A stretch of 64,000 bases of DNA from Candidatus Peregrinibacteria bacterium (GCA_963708185.1 OY970195.1:949482-1013481); one strand, 5' to 3'; shown: positions 18,077 to 28,288, numbered from the stretch's first letter. The notes: generated by a model not told the origin, from the letters alone. Program-made: numbers and translations.

Positions 18077-18152
18077 GGGTCAGTAGCTCAGTCGGTAGAG
18101 CAGCTCCCTTTTAAGGAGATGGTCCCCGGTTCGATCCCGGGCTGACCCACCA
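18077..18152 (+). tRNA. tRNA-Lys (anticodon UUU), CCA encoded
   Basis: Acceptor GGGTCAG/CTGACCC, D arm GCTCAGTCGGTAGAGC, anticodon loop CTTTTAA, T arm CCCGG-TTCGATC-CCGGG, then ACCA. Confidence 0.9.
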
Positions 18153-18224
18153 GGTTTTCAAAAAAATTTTACTTACGCGACCACACCTCTGCGCAGTGAA
18201 GCAAGGTGGTTTTTGGGTAAGCGC

Positions 18225-18254
18225 TTGATTACACAAGCATGAAATTACTATAAT
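18225..18254 (+). promoter_or_regulatory. Sigma70-type promoter of the HTH gene
   Basis: TTGATT (18225-18230), an 18-nt spacer, then TATAAT (18249-18254). Because the ORF-track ATG at 18253 lies inside the -10 box, the start is moved to ATG 18286. Confidence 0.55.
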
Positions 18255-18285
18255 GAGACATCTTTTATCCCGTCATTTTATTTTC

Positions 18286-18717
18286 ATGGCTGAAACTCTT
18301 CTCACGATCCAGGAAGCGGCTGCCATAACAGGAAAATCCATCCAGACGATCCGCCGCGCCATCAAAGCACGCAAGATTACTTCCAAGAGAAAAAAGACTC
18401 CGCAGGGGTTTAACTACATGGTTACCCAGGACAGCGTCGCTTCGTTCTACAAAGTGAATATGAGAGCGTTCAACAAAGATCGTGAACAAGGGTCCGTGAA
18501 AGAGAAAGGGGTCAGCAAAGACGGCGCGTACGCCACACTCCATGACCTGCAATCCCTTGAAAAAGAGGTCGCGGGGCTTCTTGATGAATACAAAAAAGAA
18601 AAGGAAAGCTTTATGCGCTTCATGAAAGCGTTCCAGGAACGCTTCGTGGTTTTGGAAAACCAGCTGAAGCTCCTGGAAGAGCCCAAGAAGAGGTCGTGGT
18701 ATCAGTTTTGGAAGTAG
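18286..18717 (+). CDS. Helix-turn-helix (MerR/excisionase-type) DNA-binding protein with C-terminal coiled coil
   Basis: LLTIQEAAAITGKSIQTIRRAIKARKI is a typical HTH_17-like motif. The C-terminal half is heptad-rich (LQSLEKEVAGLLDEYKKEKESFMRF..). Confidence 0.55.
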   Translation: MAETLLTIQEAAAITGKSIQTIRRAIKARKITSKRKKTPQGFNYMVTQDSVASFYKVNMRAFNKDREQGSVKEKGVSKDGAYATLHDLQSLEKEVAGLLDEYKKEKESFMRFMKAFQERFVVLENQLKLLEEPKKRSWYQFWK

Positions 18718-18721
18718 AACT

Positions 18722-19345
18722 TTATTGTATAAGCACTGCGCGGGCAGGAGCGCCGTCGAGGCCTTTTGTGCGCAACGGTAAGCCGATAAAAAAGTAGCGG
18801 CCGGGTTTGATTTTGGAAAGGTCCAGGCCTTCAAAAATTGGGATGTTCTTTTTGAGCAGTGAGGTATGCGGGCGGTTGTCGGGACTGCCTTTTTGTTTGA
18901 TGGAAAGGTAGTCGATACCGAAGAGGCGGATGTTTTTTTGGGCGAGGTAATCGGCCGCGTCGCCGTCCAGATACACGTAGTCCTTGTAAAAGTTTTTGAA
19001 GCCTCGTTTGGAGTTGGAGGTTTTGACGAGAATGCGTTCGCCTTTTTTGACGCGGGCTTTCCGGAGGTTTTTGACGGTAATACCTTTTTTGACTTTGGTC
19101 ATGTCCAAGACGCGACATTCGCCGATGAGACTTTGGATATCCAGGGAATCAACGCCCTTGCCTTTGGGAAAAACGTGCTTTGGAGCATCCACATGCGTTC
19201 CGGCGTGGGAGCCGATGGTGATTTCCGAACTCACTGAGGTGCGGCTGTTGATGGGTCTGGCACGGAATTCGGTGTTTTCCGGGTACACGGCCATGCCCTG
19301 GTAGAGCGGGAGCGAAATGTCGTAGACTTTGAAATCTTTTTTCAT
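18722..19345 (-). CDS. Cyclase-family protein (arylformamidase/kynurenine formamidase-like)
   Basis: 207 aa. It has the metal-binding motif GSHAGTHVDAPKH, and its length and order match the 'putative cyclase' family. Confidence 0.7.
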   Translation of the reverse strand: MKKDFKVYDISLPLYQGMAVYPENTEFRARPINSRTSVSSEITIGSHAGTHVDAPKHVFPKGKGVDSLDIQSLIGECRVLDMTKVKKGITVKNLRKARVKKGERILVKTSNSKRGFKNFYKDYVYLDGDAADYLAQKNIRLFGIDYLSIKQKGSPDNRPHTSLLKKNIPIFEGLDLSKIKPGRYFFIGLPLRTKGLDGAPARAVLIQ

Positions 19346-19367
19346 GGAAGAGCGAGTGATGATGCCA

Positions 19368-20699
19368 TTACGCCGGTGTTTCCTCTTTTAAAATCTTTCT
19401 GGTTTCTATTTTATAGAGTTCCACATTGGGCTGGTCAAACGGATTCACGTTCATGAGTTTGCCCAGGTACATCATTTCGATCATCTTGAACTGGAGGAAT
19501 TCGCCGATCGCGAAGGGTGAGATTTCCGGCATGACGATTTCCATGAAAGGAAGTTCCTTTTTGGAATAGGCCAGCTTGGTTCCTTCCAGAATGGCTTCCA
19601 TAATATGCTTGGCGCTTTTATTCTTGAGGTCGGGGTTGAGTTCGTTCGCAAAACTCTCTTTGGGAAGCGGCATTGGGTCCTCGACATTCCTCACATAGAT
19701 AAACGTCGTAAACTTATCGAGCGGTCCACCCAGATACAGCTGGCCGACGGAATGCAGGTCGGTTGAACCCAGTGAAACGGTCGGCGTTATGCCGGCATTG
19801 ACGATCTCGCCGTCGCGGTTTTTTTCCTTGCCGACGCTTTCTCCCATAAGCTGGCGGTACCATTTGCCCAGAGATTCGAGCTGGGGAGCAAAAAAGAAAT
19901 TGTCGTTGATGGTTTTGCCGTTTTTCTGGTTGAGACAGATCACCGCAGCGGAGATCATGGCGGGGTTGAGGTCCGGTCCGTCCTCGATGCAGTTCTTGCG
20001 CATGGTGGCAGCACCTTCGCAAAGGCCCTCAATGTCGATTCCTCCTGCTGCAAGCGGGAAAAGTCCGACGGGAGAAAGTACGGAATAACGGCCGCCGACC
20101 ATTTTGGGAATGGTCAACGCGGTGATGTTTTTGGACGTCGCAAGCTCCCAGAGCTTGGAGTTTTCGTCGGTGGTGATGACGGTCCTTTCTTCAACGGCTC
20201 GGTGATCGAATTTTTCTTCAAGCGCGCCGATGATTACCGCAGCATTGGCGAGCGTTTCGGTCGTGGTTCCGGATTTACTGATGATATTGAGTAAAATATC
20301 TTCCGGCCTTTTGATTTCCAAATCCAGGAAATTTTTCAAACGCCGGAGATACTCCGGATCCGAAGTTTCCAAAAAAATCAGTCTGGGAAAGCGGTCGCAG
20401 TCAATGGCGTCGGTAAAACCAAAAACAGCGTCGTAGACGGCTTTGGTGCCGAGGTTGGAACCGCCGATGCCAATGACGATGATGTACTTGAGCTGCGGCG
20501 TGACTTTACTTTTTTTGACGACGTTGACCACGGAGATGTGGTTCTGATCTAACGGGAGGTTCACCGAACATTCGGGATTGTCGTAATCGCTGCGGGTGAG
20601 AATTTTGGTAAAATATTCGCGGTACTCTTCGAGACTTTGCGTCGTTTTTTTGAGTTCTTCCGAGCTGATTCCGCTCGAATCTTTATAAAGGAGTTCCAT
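19368..20699 (-). CDS. pgi: Glucose-6-phosphate isomerase
   Basis: 443 aa with IGIGGSNLGTKAVYDA and GGRYSVLSPVG motifs, of the short PGI type. Confidence 0.9.
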   Translation of the reverse strand: MELLYKDSSGISSEELKKTTQSLEEYREYFTKILTRSDYDNPECSVNLPLDQNHISVVNVVKKSKVTPQLKYIIVIGIGGSNLGTKAVYDAVFGFTDAIDCDRFPRLIFLETSDPEYLRRLKNFLDLEIKRPEDILLNIISKSGTTTETLANAAVIIGALEEKFDHRAVEERTVITTDENSKLWELATSKNITALTIPKMVGGRYSVLSPVGLFPLAAGGIDIEGLCEGAATMRKNCIEDGPDLNPAMISAAVICLNQKNGKTINDNFFFAPQLESLGKWYRQLMGESVGKEKNRDGEIVNAGITPTVSLGSTDLHSVGQLYLGGPLDKFTTFIYVRNVEDPMPLPKESFANELNPDLKNKSAKHIMEAILEGTKLAYSKKELPFMEIVMPEISPFAIGEFLQFKMIEMMYLGKLMNVNPFDQPNVELYKIETRKILKEETPA

Positions 20700-20729
20700 T
20701 GCCGGTGGAGGTTATGAGTCCGATGAAAG

Positions 20730-21593
20730 TTACGCGACGAGGGTGTTCCAGTCCTGCGAGAATTTTTCTATGCCCTTGGTGGTGAGATCGTGACCGATGA
20801 TGAAACCCTGCCACGGCTTGGTGAGGTCGAGGTCCTTCGCCGGGATCGGTTTGAGTTCGGGATGGTTGTAGGTAAAATCTTCCGACGGCATGGGCATGCC
20901 CTTTTCTCCCCACTCCTTGAGCACTTTGTGGGGCGCTGTGATGATGTCCGAACCGAGGTGGAGTGCGAACATGAAGTGTTCAAAAGAACGGACGCTGGCG
21001 GTGAGCACCTCCACGTGGCCGTCGCTCGTTTTATACATGTCGATGATGTTCTTGATGACATCCATACCGTTTTCGCCGCGGTCGTCGAGACGGCCGATGA
21101 ACGGAGACACAAACACCTGGCCTTTGACCGCGCCCCTGGTGGCGGCGTAGACCGCGGCGGCCTGGTCCTGGGTAAAGCACAGCGTCATGTTCACGCGCAT
21201 GCCCGCTTTGATGGAGTTTTCAGCCGCCGTGAGACCCGCCGTTGTGGTGGGGTATTTGATGTGGGCGTTGGGTATCCAACCGAACATTTCCCTGCCCTGG
21301 GTGAACATGGCGTCCGAGGTGGTGTTGAGGTCGCAGTACACTTCCACGGAAATCGAACCCTGCGGCAACATTTGTGAAAGCTGCGTTACCACGCTTTTAT
21401 AGAAATCGTAAATTTCCTGACTGGTGAATTTCTTGCCTTCCTGGAGCCTTTTTTGGGCTTCGGGATTTTTTGATACGAGGGTGGGGTTGGTGGTCTGTCC
21501 GTCGAGAAAACACAAAAGATCCAACATCTCTTTGGTTTCCGCCGGATCACCGCTGTCCAGAAAAATTTTCGTTTTCAGGTTGGCTGGTCTCAT
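20730..21593 (-). CDS. tal: Transaldolase family protein
   Basis: KIFLDSGDPAETKE and GQTTNPTLV motifs. The start is set at ATG 21593 (MRPANLK). The ORF track begins at TTG 21608, overlapping the tkt stop. Confidence 0.85.
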   Translation of the reverse strand: MRPANLKTKIFLDSGDPAETKEMLDLLCFLDGQTTNPTLVSKNPEAQKRLQEGKKFTSQEIYDFYKSVVTQLSQMLPQGSISVEVYCDLNTTSDAMFTQGREMFGWIPNAHIKYPTTTAGLTAAENSIKAGMRVNMTLCFTQDQAAAVYAATRGAVKGQVFVSPFIGRLDDRGENGMDVIKNIIDMYKTSDGHVEVLTASVRSFEHFMFALHLGSDIITAPHKVLKEWGEKGMPMPSEDFTYNHPELKPIPAKDLDLTKPWQGFIIGHDLTTKGIEKFSQDWNTLVA

Positions 21594-21604
21594 GATGGTG
21601 AAGG

Positions 21605-23467
21605 TCAAATGATACTTTTCACTTTGGCGACAATGGCCTTTCGGGAAATTTCTTCATAGTCGAGAAGTTCCTGCGGTTTGCCGCTGTGAGGCATTTTTTT
21701 GACGGCGAGCGAGTAGATCGGGCCGTTGAATGTTGAATTTTTGCCCAGGGTCACGCCTTCGGCGAGTGCCGTTTTTACGGCTTCACCGAGGCCTCCTTCG
21801 ATATAGTGATCTTCCACGGTGATGACGGCCTTGGTGCCGCCGATGGATTTGAGGAGGCTTTCCACGATGATCGGTTTGATGGAGTACAGATCGATGACGC
21901 GGATGAAAATATTTTCCTTGGCGAGTGCTTCGTACGCCGCGAGTGCTTCATGGAGCGTCACTCCCGCGGAGATGACCGTGACGGCGTCGTTGTCGCTCTG
22001 CTGCAAAACTTTGTGTTCGCCGATCTTGAACTCCTGGGTAATTCCATAAAGAATCGGCGTATCCATGCGCGTCGTGCGGATGTAGACGTTTCCATAATGC
22101 TTGGCGGCTTCCTCAACGAGTTTTTCCGTGGAGATGGCGTCGGCCGGATAGAGCACGACGCTGTTGAGAAGCGATCTGAACATGGCGATGTCTTCGAGTC
22201 CCATCTGCGACGATCCGTCTTCGCCGATTGAGACTCCGCTGTGGGAACCCACGTATTTGATGTTGGAATCTGAATACTGGCTCATGCGGATCTGGTCGTA
22301 AGCCCTCGTCAGGAAAGCCGAAAAGGTGGACATGAACGGAATTTTTTCCCTGCGGGAAAGACCGAGGGCGACGCCCGCCATGTTCTGTTCGGCGATGAAC
22401 ATTTCGAAGAAATGGTGCGGATATTTTTCCTTGAAGATTTCGGCGTAGGTAGAGTTACTGACTTCGGCATCGAGCACGGCGATGTTCGGATACTCTTCGA
22501 ACAGGCGGGTAATCGCATGGCCGTAGGCCTTGCGTGTGGCGACGGGTTTGGAGTTGTAGTCCGGAAACGGAATGCTTTCCCCCGTGTATTCGGCGGGCTT
22601 GAGGTTTTCGGGCATGGCGAGTTCGACTTTCATCGAGGTGTCCACTTCGCCGATTTCGGCGAGCGCTTTCTTGAGATCGTCCGGGCCGAGCGCTTTGCCG
22701 TGCCAGCCTTCCTTGTCTTCCAGAAAAGAAACCCCCTTCCCTTTGAGGGTTTTTGCAATGATCATGACCGGTTTGTCTTTTACGTTCTCGGCTTTCCGGT
22801 AGGCGTCGAAAACTTCCTGAAGATTGTGTCCGTCAATGACGATGGTTTCCCAGCCGAACGCCCTGATGCGCTGTTCATACACGTCGGTGTCATGTTCGTA
22901 CATGGTGCGGCCGCGTTGCCCCAGAGCGTTGACGTCGATGATGCCGATAAGATTGTCGAGCTTGTAGTATGAAGCGATCTCCATGGCTTCCCATTGCGAC
23001 CCTTCCGCCATTTCACTGTCGCCCAAAAGGACGTAGGTTTTGTAGGGAAGTTTGTCGAGATATTTCGCGTTGATGGCCATGCCCGCGCCGATGGAAAGTC
23101 CCTGGCCGAGCGAACCGGTGGCGGCTTCGGTATAGGGGAAAGCGGGTGTGGGATGGCCTTCCAGCCGGCTGCCGAATTTGCGCAAGGTCTTGAGCTCATC
23201 CTCGGCGACGACGCCGGCGACGGCATACAATGAATAAAAAAGAGGCGATGCGTGGCCCTTGGAAAAAATGAGGCGGTCGTTGTTTGGAAGGTTCGGATTC
23301 TTAAGATCGAACTTGTAAAATCCCGAGAAGAAAAGCACCGCCATCAGTTCCGTCGCCGACATGGCCGAGGTCGGGTGGCCGGAGCCGGCCGCAGATGTTG
23401 AAATGAGTGAATAGTAGCGGATGAGTTTTGCTGTTTGTTCGAGTTTTTGCTGGTCAAAAGCTGGCAT
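21605..23467 (-). CDS. tkt: Transketolase
   Basis: 620 aa with GSGHPTSAMS, the ThDP motif GDSEMAEGSQWEA, and transketolase pyrimidine-binding and C-terminal domains. Confidence 0.95.
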   Translation of the reverse strand: MPAFDQQKLEQTAKLIRYYSLISTSAAGSGHPTSAMSATELMAVLFFSGFYKFDLKNPNLPNNDRLIFSKGHASPLFYSLYAVAGVVAEDELKTLRKFGSRLEGHPTPAFPYTEAATGSLGQGLSIGAGMAINAKYLDKLPYKTYVLLGDSEMAEGSQWEAMEIASYYKLDNLIGIIDVNALGQRGRTMYEHDTDVYEQRIRAFGWETIVIDGHNLQEVFDAYRKAENVKDKPVMIIAKTLKGKGVSFLEDKEGWHGKALGPDDLKKALAEIGEVDTSMKVELAMPENLKPAEYTGESIPFPDYNSKPVATRKAYGHAITRLFEEYPNIAVLDAEVSNSTYAEIFKEKYPHHFFEMFIAEQNMAGVALGLSRREKIPFMSTFSAFLTRAYDQIRMSQYSDSNIKYVGSHSGVSIGEDGSSQMGLEDIAMFRSLLNSVVLYPADAISTEKLVEEAAKHYGNVYIRTTRMDTPILYGITQEFKIGEHKVLQQSDNDAVTVISAGVTLHEALAAYEALAKENIFIRVIDLYSIKPIIVESLLKSIGGTKAVITVEDHYIEGGLGEAVKTALAEGVTLGKNSTFNGPIYSLAVKKMPHSGKPQELLDYEEISRKAIVAKVKSII

Positions 23468-23535
23468 TGTTTATCAAAAAAACGTATAGAAGTGCCTACA
23501 ATGTAACACTAAAGTTTCCATTTCTCCAAGGACAA

Positions 23536-24985
23536 TTAGAGCTCTTTCTTCGGGCCAAAACTGCCTTTCGGGTACATATGGAGTTTGGACTTTTTCCAGG
23601 ATTCAATGATCGGCGTGATGAATTTCCATGACGCCAGCACTTCATCGGTGCTGGTAAAGAAAGTCTGGTCACCTTTGATGCAGTCGAAAAGAACGCGCTC
23701 ATAGGCGTCTACGGTTTTGACCGCACTTTTTCCTTCGTTGTAGCTGAAAGAAAGTTCATGCGGTTCAAGAAACGACTGAAGCCCCGGTTTTTTCGCCCAG
23801 AAAAGAATGGAGATTCCCTCTTCGGGCTGGATCTTGAACATGATGACGTTCTTGAAATCGCAGGTTTCATCCTTGGGACACAAATACGCGTTCGAACGCT
23901 TAAAATGTACGATGATTTCGGCCTTGCTTTCCTTCATGGCCTTGCCGCTTTCAAGGTAGAAGGGAACCCCCTTCCAGCGCTGATTGTTGATGAACGCTTT
24001 GATTTTGAAGTAGGTTTCCGTTTTGGAATTCTTGGCCACGGAAGGTTCTTCGCGATAGCCTTCATACTGTCCCCTCACGGTAGAACTCTGGACGTCTTTG
24101 TCTTTGATCGGCATGAGCGCGTTGAGTACCTTGGTCCTCGCGGGACGTACCGTCTGAGCATCGGTGCTCAGCGGGTTTTCCATGGCAATAAGCGCCAGCA
24201 TGCGCAGTATATGATTCTGCCCGACGTCGCGGAGAGCTTCCCACGTTATCGTAAAAAGCTCCTCTTCCTTCAACGTCGAGCTTTTCGTAAATCTTGATTT
24301 CAACTTTTTCAATGTAATCACGGTTCCAGATCGGTTCAAAAAGCAAGTTGGAGAACCTGAACATCATGATGTTCTGCAGTGTTTCCTTTGCCAGATAATG
24401 GTCAATGCGGAAAATCTGTTCTTCGCGAAAAAGTTTCCCGAGCATATGGTCGAGTTTTTTTGCCGATGCATCGTCATGTCCGAAAGGTTTTTCAATGAGG
24501 ATTCTTGTCCAGCCTTCACCATCACTGCAGGCGATGGTCAGACCATAATACGAGAGGTTCTTGAGAATGGTCTGGTAGAGATCCGGCGGAACGGCCAGGT
24601 AAAAAAGTTTGTTGGAGCAGCGCTTGAAACCTTTGGTGTCCATGGCAACGAGTTTCTTCTTGAGGCTCTTATAGCTTTGGGGATCGTCAAAATATCCTTC
24701 GTGGTAGGAAATGGTTTTGAGGAACTTCCTGAACTCGGGGCCTTTGAGGACCGGCAACTTGCGGCGTTTTTGTTCCTGTGTAATGAAATCACGGTATCCT
24801 TCGTCGGACATCGAACGCCTTGAAAAAGCTATGATGCGGAAATTTTTCGGGAGCATCCCTTTTTTATAGAGGTGGAAAAAAGACGGGATGAGTTTGCGGA
24901 TGGACAAATCACCGGTCGCTCCGAAAATGACGACTACCGTCGGCTTGGATGCGGCATACTCTTTTTTTATTTTTTTAATATCCAT
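23536..24985 (-). pseudogene. zwf: Glucose-6-phosphate dehydrogenase interrupted by a single-base frameshift
   Basis: The N-terminal ORF (VVIFGATGDLSIRKL.., RIDHYLAKETLQN, ..RGAFYDNVG) and the C-terminal ORF (ALRDVGQNHILRMLALIAMENP..) are in different frames. They join exactly at the conserved YD..GALRD motif if one base is removed at 24236-24244. Confidence 0.85.
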
Positions 24986-25090
24986 TGAAAATCTGGTGAA
25001 GATACCCGAAGTGCAATACAATTTCCGTGAATTCGTTATATATATACGATTGTTTGCCGCAAGTTACAAGACCCATTTACTACTACTTTC

Positions 25091-27601
25091 TTGAAGAAAT
25101 TTTCTTTCACCCAAGAGTTCAAAGCTTTCCTCAAAAAACACCGCATCGCTTCGATTTTTCTGCTGGCTTTCACCGCGCTGGTGATTTTCGGCATCAGTTT
25201 TTATCTCTACATCGCCTATTTTTTACCGCTTCCCGATGCGCTTATGCAGGACCAGCCCCAGGGCTCCATCAAGATTCTCGACCGCAAAGGACAACTTCTC
25301 TATGAAGTGATCCAGCCTACGGGCGGCAAAAAAACTTTCACGGAACTCACTCAAATTCCCAAAAATTTCGTCAACGCAACCCTGGCCTCTGAAGACATCA
25401 ATTATTATCAGCATGGCGGCGTCGATCTTGTAGCCATCGGCAGAGCGGTCTTTTTCAACGTCAGCGAAGGGAGGATTGTGAGCGGCGCGAGCACGATTAC
25501 CCAGCAGCTCGTCCGCAATCTGCTTGGTTACACCACGGAGCGCGGGTATTCCGAAAAGATCATGGAGGCCATCTATGCCATTCGTCTTTCGAACGTCTAC
25601 TCCAAAGACCAGATTCTCGAACTGTACCTGAACACCATTTATTACGGCAATCTCGCCTACGGTGCGGAATCAGCGGCGCAGGATTATTTCGGGAAACACG
25701 TTTATGATCTGGATCTGGCCGAGTCGTCGTTGTTGGCCGGACTCCCCCAGGCACCTTCCTACTACAATCCTTTCCTTTATATGGACCGTGCAAAAAAACG
25801 CCAGCAGTACGTGCTTGATCAAATGGTCAAATACGGATTCATCGACGATGCCACGTCAAAAGCCGCCGCCGCCGAGCCTTTGAAACTCCGCCAGAATATT
25901 TTTGAAATGAAGGCTCCTCACTTCGTACGGTACGTTCTCAACCAGCTCGGTGATGTCGTCGGCAACAAAAAACTTGAAGAAGGAGGATTCAGCGTGTACA
26001 CGACGCTTGATGAAGACCTTCAGCTGCAAGCCGAACAGATCGTGGCGCAGCAGGTAAAAAGTCTGGGCGACAAACATGTCACCGACGGCGCGTTGCTTTC
26101 ACTTGATCCGAAAACCGGAAAAATCCTGGCATGGGTCGGCAGCGAAAATTATTATAACGACGACATCGACGGCCAGGTCGACATGATCACGGCTCTGCGA
26201 CAACCCGGTTCCTCCATCAAACCACTGATGTATCTGCTCGCTTTGGAAAAAGGATATACGCCGGCAACGGTCCTTGCCGATGTTCCGGTTGAGTTTCAGA
26301 CCGACACAGGGCCTTATGCTCCAAAAAATTACGACCTGGATTTCCACGGCCCGGTGCGCCTGCGCGAGGCGCTGGCAAGTTCGTTCAACGTTCCCGCGGT
26401 CCAGACGCTCAACACGTTGGGGGTTGAAGTTTTCATGGCTTTTCTGGATAAACTCGGCATCCAGACGCTTGACCAGAATCCGAACTTTTACGGTCTCGCT
26501 CTCACGCTTGGAGGAGGCGAAGTGCGTATGTACGACATGGCGCGGGCGTTCAACGTCATCGCGAACTACGGCGATTATTTTGATTTGAGCACGATTGAAA
26601 AAATCACCGACGCCGCCGGGACGAATCTTTATACGTGGAAGCAATCCTCGCCTTCCTACGTTCTCGGGCAGGACGGAAGACAGCACGCGTACCAGATCAT
26701 CGACATTCTCAAAGACCCGAATGCCAGACTGAAAGGTTTCGGTGAGGGAAGCGTCCTGGAAATTTCCCACGAAGCCGCGGTGAAGACCGGGACCACACGC
26801 AACTTCCGCGACAACTGGACGATCGGTTTTACTCCGCAGCTTCTCACCGCGGTGTGGGTCGGCAATGCCGATGCTTCGGCCATGCAGGATATCAGCGGCG
26901 TGGACGGCGCGGGGCCGATCTGGCACGATTTCATGGAAGCCGCGCTGCAGTTTGCGCCCCAGGTAAAATTCAACGTGCCCCCGCGCCTCCATCAGGCGGA
27001 GGTCTGTGCGATCTCAGGAAAACTTCCGACGGACCTTTGTCCCGACCGGATCTTCGAGTGGTTTGTAAAAGGTCAGGAACCAAAGGAACCGGACGATTAT
27101 TATCAAAGTTACTGGGTTTTACGCTCGAACGGGCACCTCATCCGTCCGGAGTGCGTGGACAGCTATCCCGAGGCTGCCCGACTTCAAAAAACCTTTATCA
27201 CCTACCCAGCCGCCTTCCAAAGCTGGGCACAGCAAAAAGGCCTTTCCTTACCGCCTTTTGAGCCCTGTGCGTTATCAAAAACATCGGGTTCGGGATATAC
27301 GGACGCCTACTCCACGCAGGAAAAATCGCTTATTACCGTAGACAGTCCGTCTCATCAGGACCAATTCCAGGTTGACCATGAGCTTCCGGCGGATACTCAG
27401 AAAATACCGTTCCGGGTCACCGCTTCTTCGGATGTCGACGAGATAACTTTTTTGCTGGACGGCAAAGAACTTGCGACGGTGGGGCAACCTTTCAACTATT
27501 TGTGGATTCCCGAGAAAGGGAAACATACCCTTCAAGCCGTTTCACATATTTACAACGGTTCGACGCAGGAAAGTACTCCGGTAACTTTTGACGTTGAATA
27601 A
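25091..27601 (+). CDS. pbpC: Class A penicillin-binding protein, PBP1C-like (GT51 + transpeptidase + C-terminal beta domain)
   Basis: TTG start and an N-terminal TM helix. GT51 motif ASEDINYYQHGGVD. Transpeptidase motifs SSIKP, SFN and KTGTT. The ~120-aa C-terminal extension (..IPFRVTASSDVDEITFLLDGKELATV..YLWIPEKGKHTLQAV) resembles the PbpC C-terminal domain. Confidence 0.85.
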   Translation: MKKFSFTQEFKAFLKKHRIASIFLLAFTALVIFGISFYLYIAYFLPLPDALMQDQPQGSIKILDRKGQLLYEVIQPTGGKKTFTELTQIPKNFVNATLASEDINYYQHGGVDLVAIGRAVFFNVSEGRIVSGASTITQQLVRNLLGYTTERGYSEKIMEAIYAIRLSNVYSKDQILELYLNTIYYGNLAYGAESAAQDYFGKHVYDLDLAESSLLAGLPQAPSYYNPFLYMDRAKKRQQYVLDQMVKYGFIDDATSKAAAAEPLKLRQNIFEMKAPHFVRYVLNQLGDVVGNKKLEEGGFSVYTTLDEDLQLQAEQIVAQQVKSLGDKHVTDGALLSLDPKTGKILAWVGSENYYNDDIDGQVDMITALRQPGSSIKPLMYLLALEKGYTPATVLADVPVEFQTDTGPYAPKNYDLDFHGPVRLREALASSFNVPAVQTLNTLGVEVFMAFLDKLGIQTLDQNPNFYGLALTLGGGEVRMYDMARAFNVIANYGDYFDLSTIEKITDAAGTNLYTWKQSSPSYVLGQDGRQHAYQIIDILKDPNARLKGFGEGSVLEISHEAAVKTGTTRNFRDNWTIGFTPQLLTAVWVGNADASAMQDISGVDGAGPIWHDFMEAALQFAPQVKFNVPPRLHQAEVCAISGKLPTDLCPDRIFEWFVKGQEPKEPDDYYQSYWVLRSNGHLIRPECVDSYPEAARLQKTFITYPAAFQSWAQQKGLSLPPFEPCALSKTSGSGYTDAYSTQEKSLITVDSPSHQDQFQVDHELPADTQKIPFRVTASSDVDEITFLLDGKELATVGQPFNYLWIPEKGKHTLQAVSHIYNGSTQESTPVTFDVE

Positions 27602-27671
27602 ATTGTTGTAATACTTTTTCTGGAGAAATTGTTCTTAAGAGCGGCAAGATTCCGGGAGCCGTGATGACGAT

Positions 27672-27698
27672 GAACTTTTATTGTCTTTTCCTGTCATC
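27672..27698 (+). promoter_or_regulatory. Possible ECF-type (autoregulated) promoter
   Basis: The sequence is tGAACTT..GTCatc, with 17 nt between AAC and GTC, located 39 nt upstream of the sigma gene ATG. It resembles the generic ECF GAAC-N16/17-CGT/GTC pattern. Weak evidence. Confidence 0.3.
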
Positions 27699-27736
27699 AC
27701 CACTACAATTCTCTTTAGCGTTCCGCCCCAAGAACC

Positions 27737-28288
27737 ATGGATCTCCAAGATCAGCAAAAACTCGTTGCCGAAGCCCAGCAAAGTCCCGATGGATTCGGCA
27801 GGCTCTATGATTATTTCTTCCCGAAAGTCTACGCTTTTGTCGCCTCCAAAGTCGGCGACCGTGATGATGCCGAAGACCTCACCAGCGAAATTTTCATGAA
27901 GGTTCTCGAAAACATTCACGCTTATGAATGGAGAGGCATTCCCTTCGGAGGCTGGCTGTTCAAAATCGCACGGAACGTGCTGAACACTTACTATTCCCAG
28001 CACGCAAAGACAACGACCAAAGATATTGATGATGTGTACGGGCTCGCCGAAGACGAAGAAAAAACTTCGCCTCATAAAAAAGCCGCTCAAAACGAACTCT
28101 CAGAAAAGGTAAAAAAAGTCATGCGCGAACTTCCGGAAAGAGAAGTGATGGTTGTCCAACTCAAATTTTTCTCTCAACTCAACAACCGGGAAATTATGCA
28201 CGTTACCGGACTTTCCGAAAGCAACGTCGCGATTATTCTTTTCCGAACCCTGAGAAAAATAAAACCAGAACTTTCTTACTTTGCTTAA
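27737..28288 (+). CDS. ECF (sigma-70 family group 4) sigma factor
   Basis: 183 aa. Region 2 is GFGRLYDYFFPKVYAFVASKVGDRDDAEDLTSEIFMKV. The region 4 HTH is LPEREVMVVQLKFFSQLNNREIMHVTGLSESNVAIILFRTLRKI. Confidence 0.9.
   Translation: MDLQDQQKLVAEAQQSPDGFGRLYDYFFPKVYAFVASKVGDRDDAEDLTSEIFMKVLENIHAYEWRGIPFGGWLFKIARNVLNTYYSQHAKTTTKDIDDVYGLAEDEEKTSPHKKAAQNELSEKVKKVMRELPEREVMVVQLKFFSQLNNREIMHVTGLSESNVAIILFRTLRKIKPELSYFA

Noticed and set aside
18077-18717. Integrated mobile element at tRNA-Lys (an HTH/excisionase-like gene lies next to the tRNA).
   Set aside because: There is no integrase or recombinase, and no duplicated tRNA 3' end (att) downstream. The only duplicate is 12 nt of the 5' end, located upstream. 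The following genes are core metabolism.
24062-24339. Two overlapping minus-strand ORFs treated as two separate genes.
   Set aside because: They are the N- and C-terminal halves of a single zwf, joined at a conserved motif by a 1-nt frame change.
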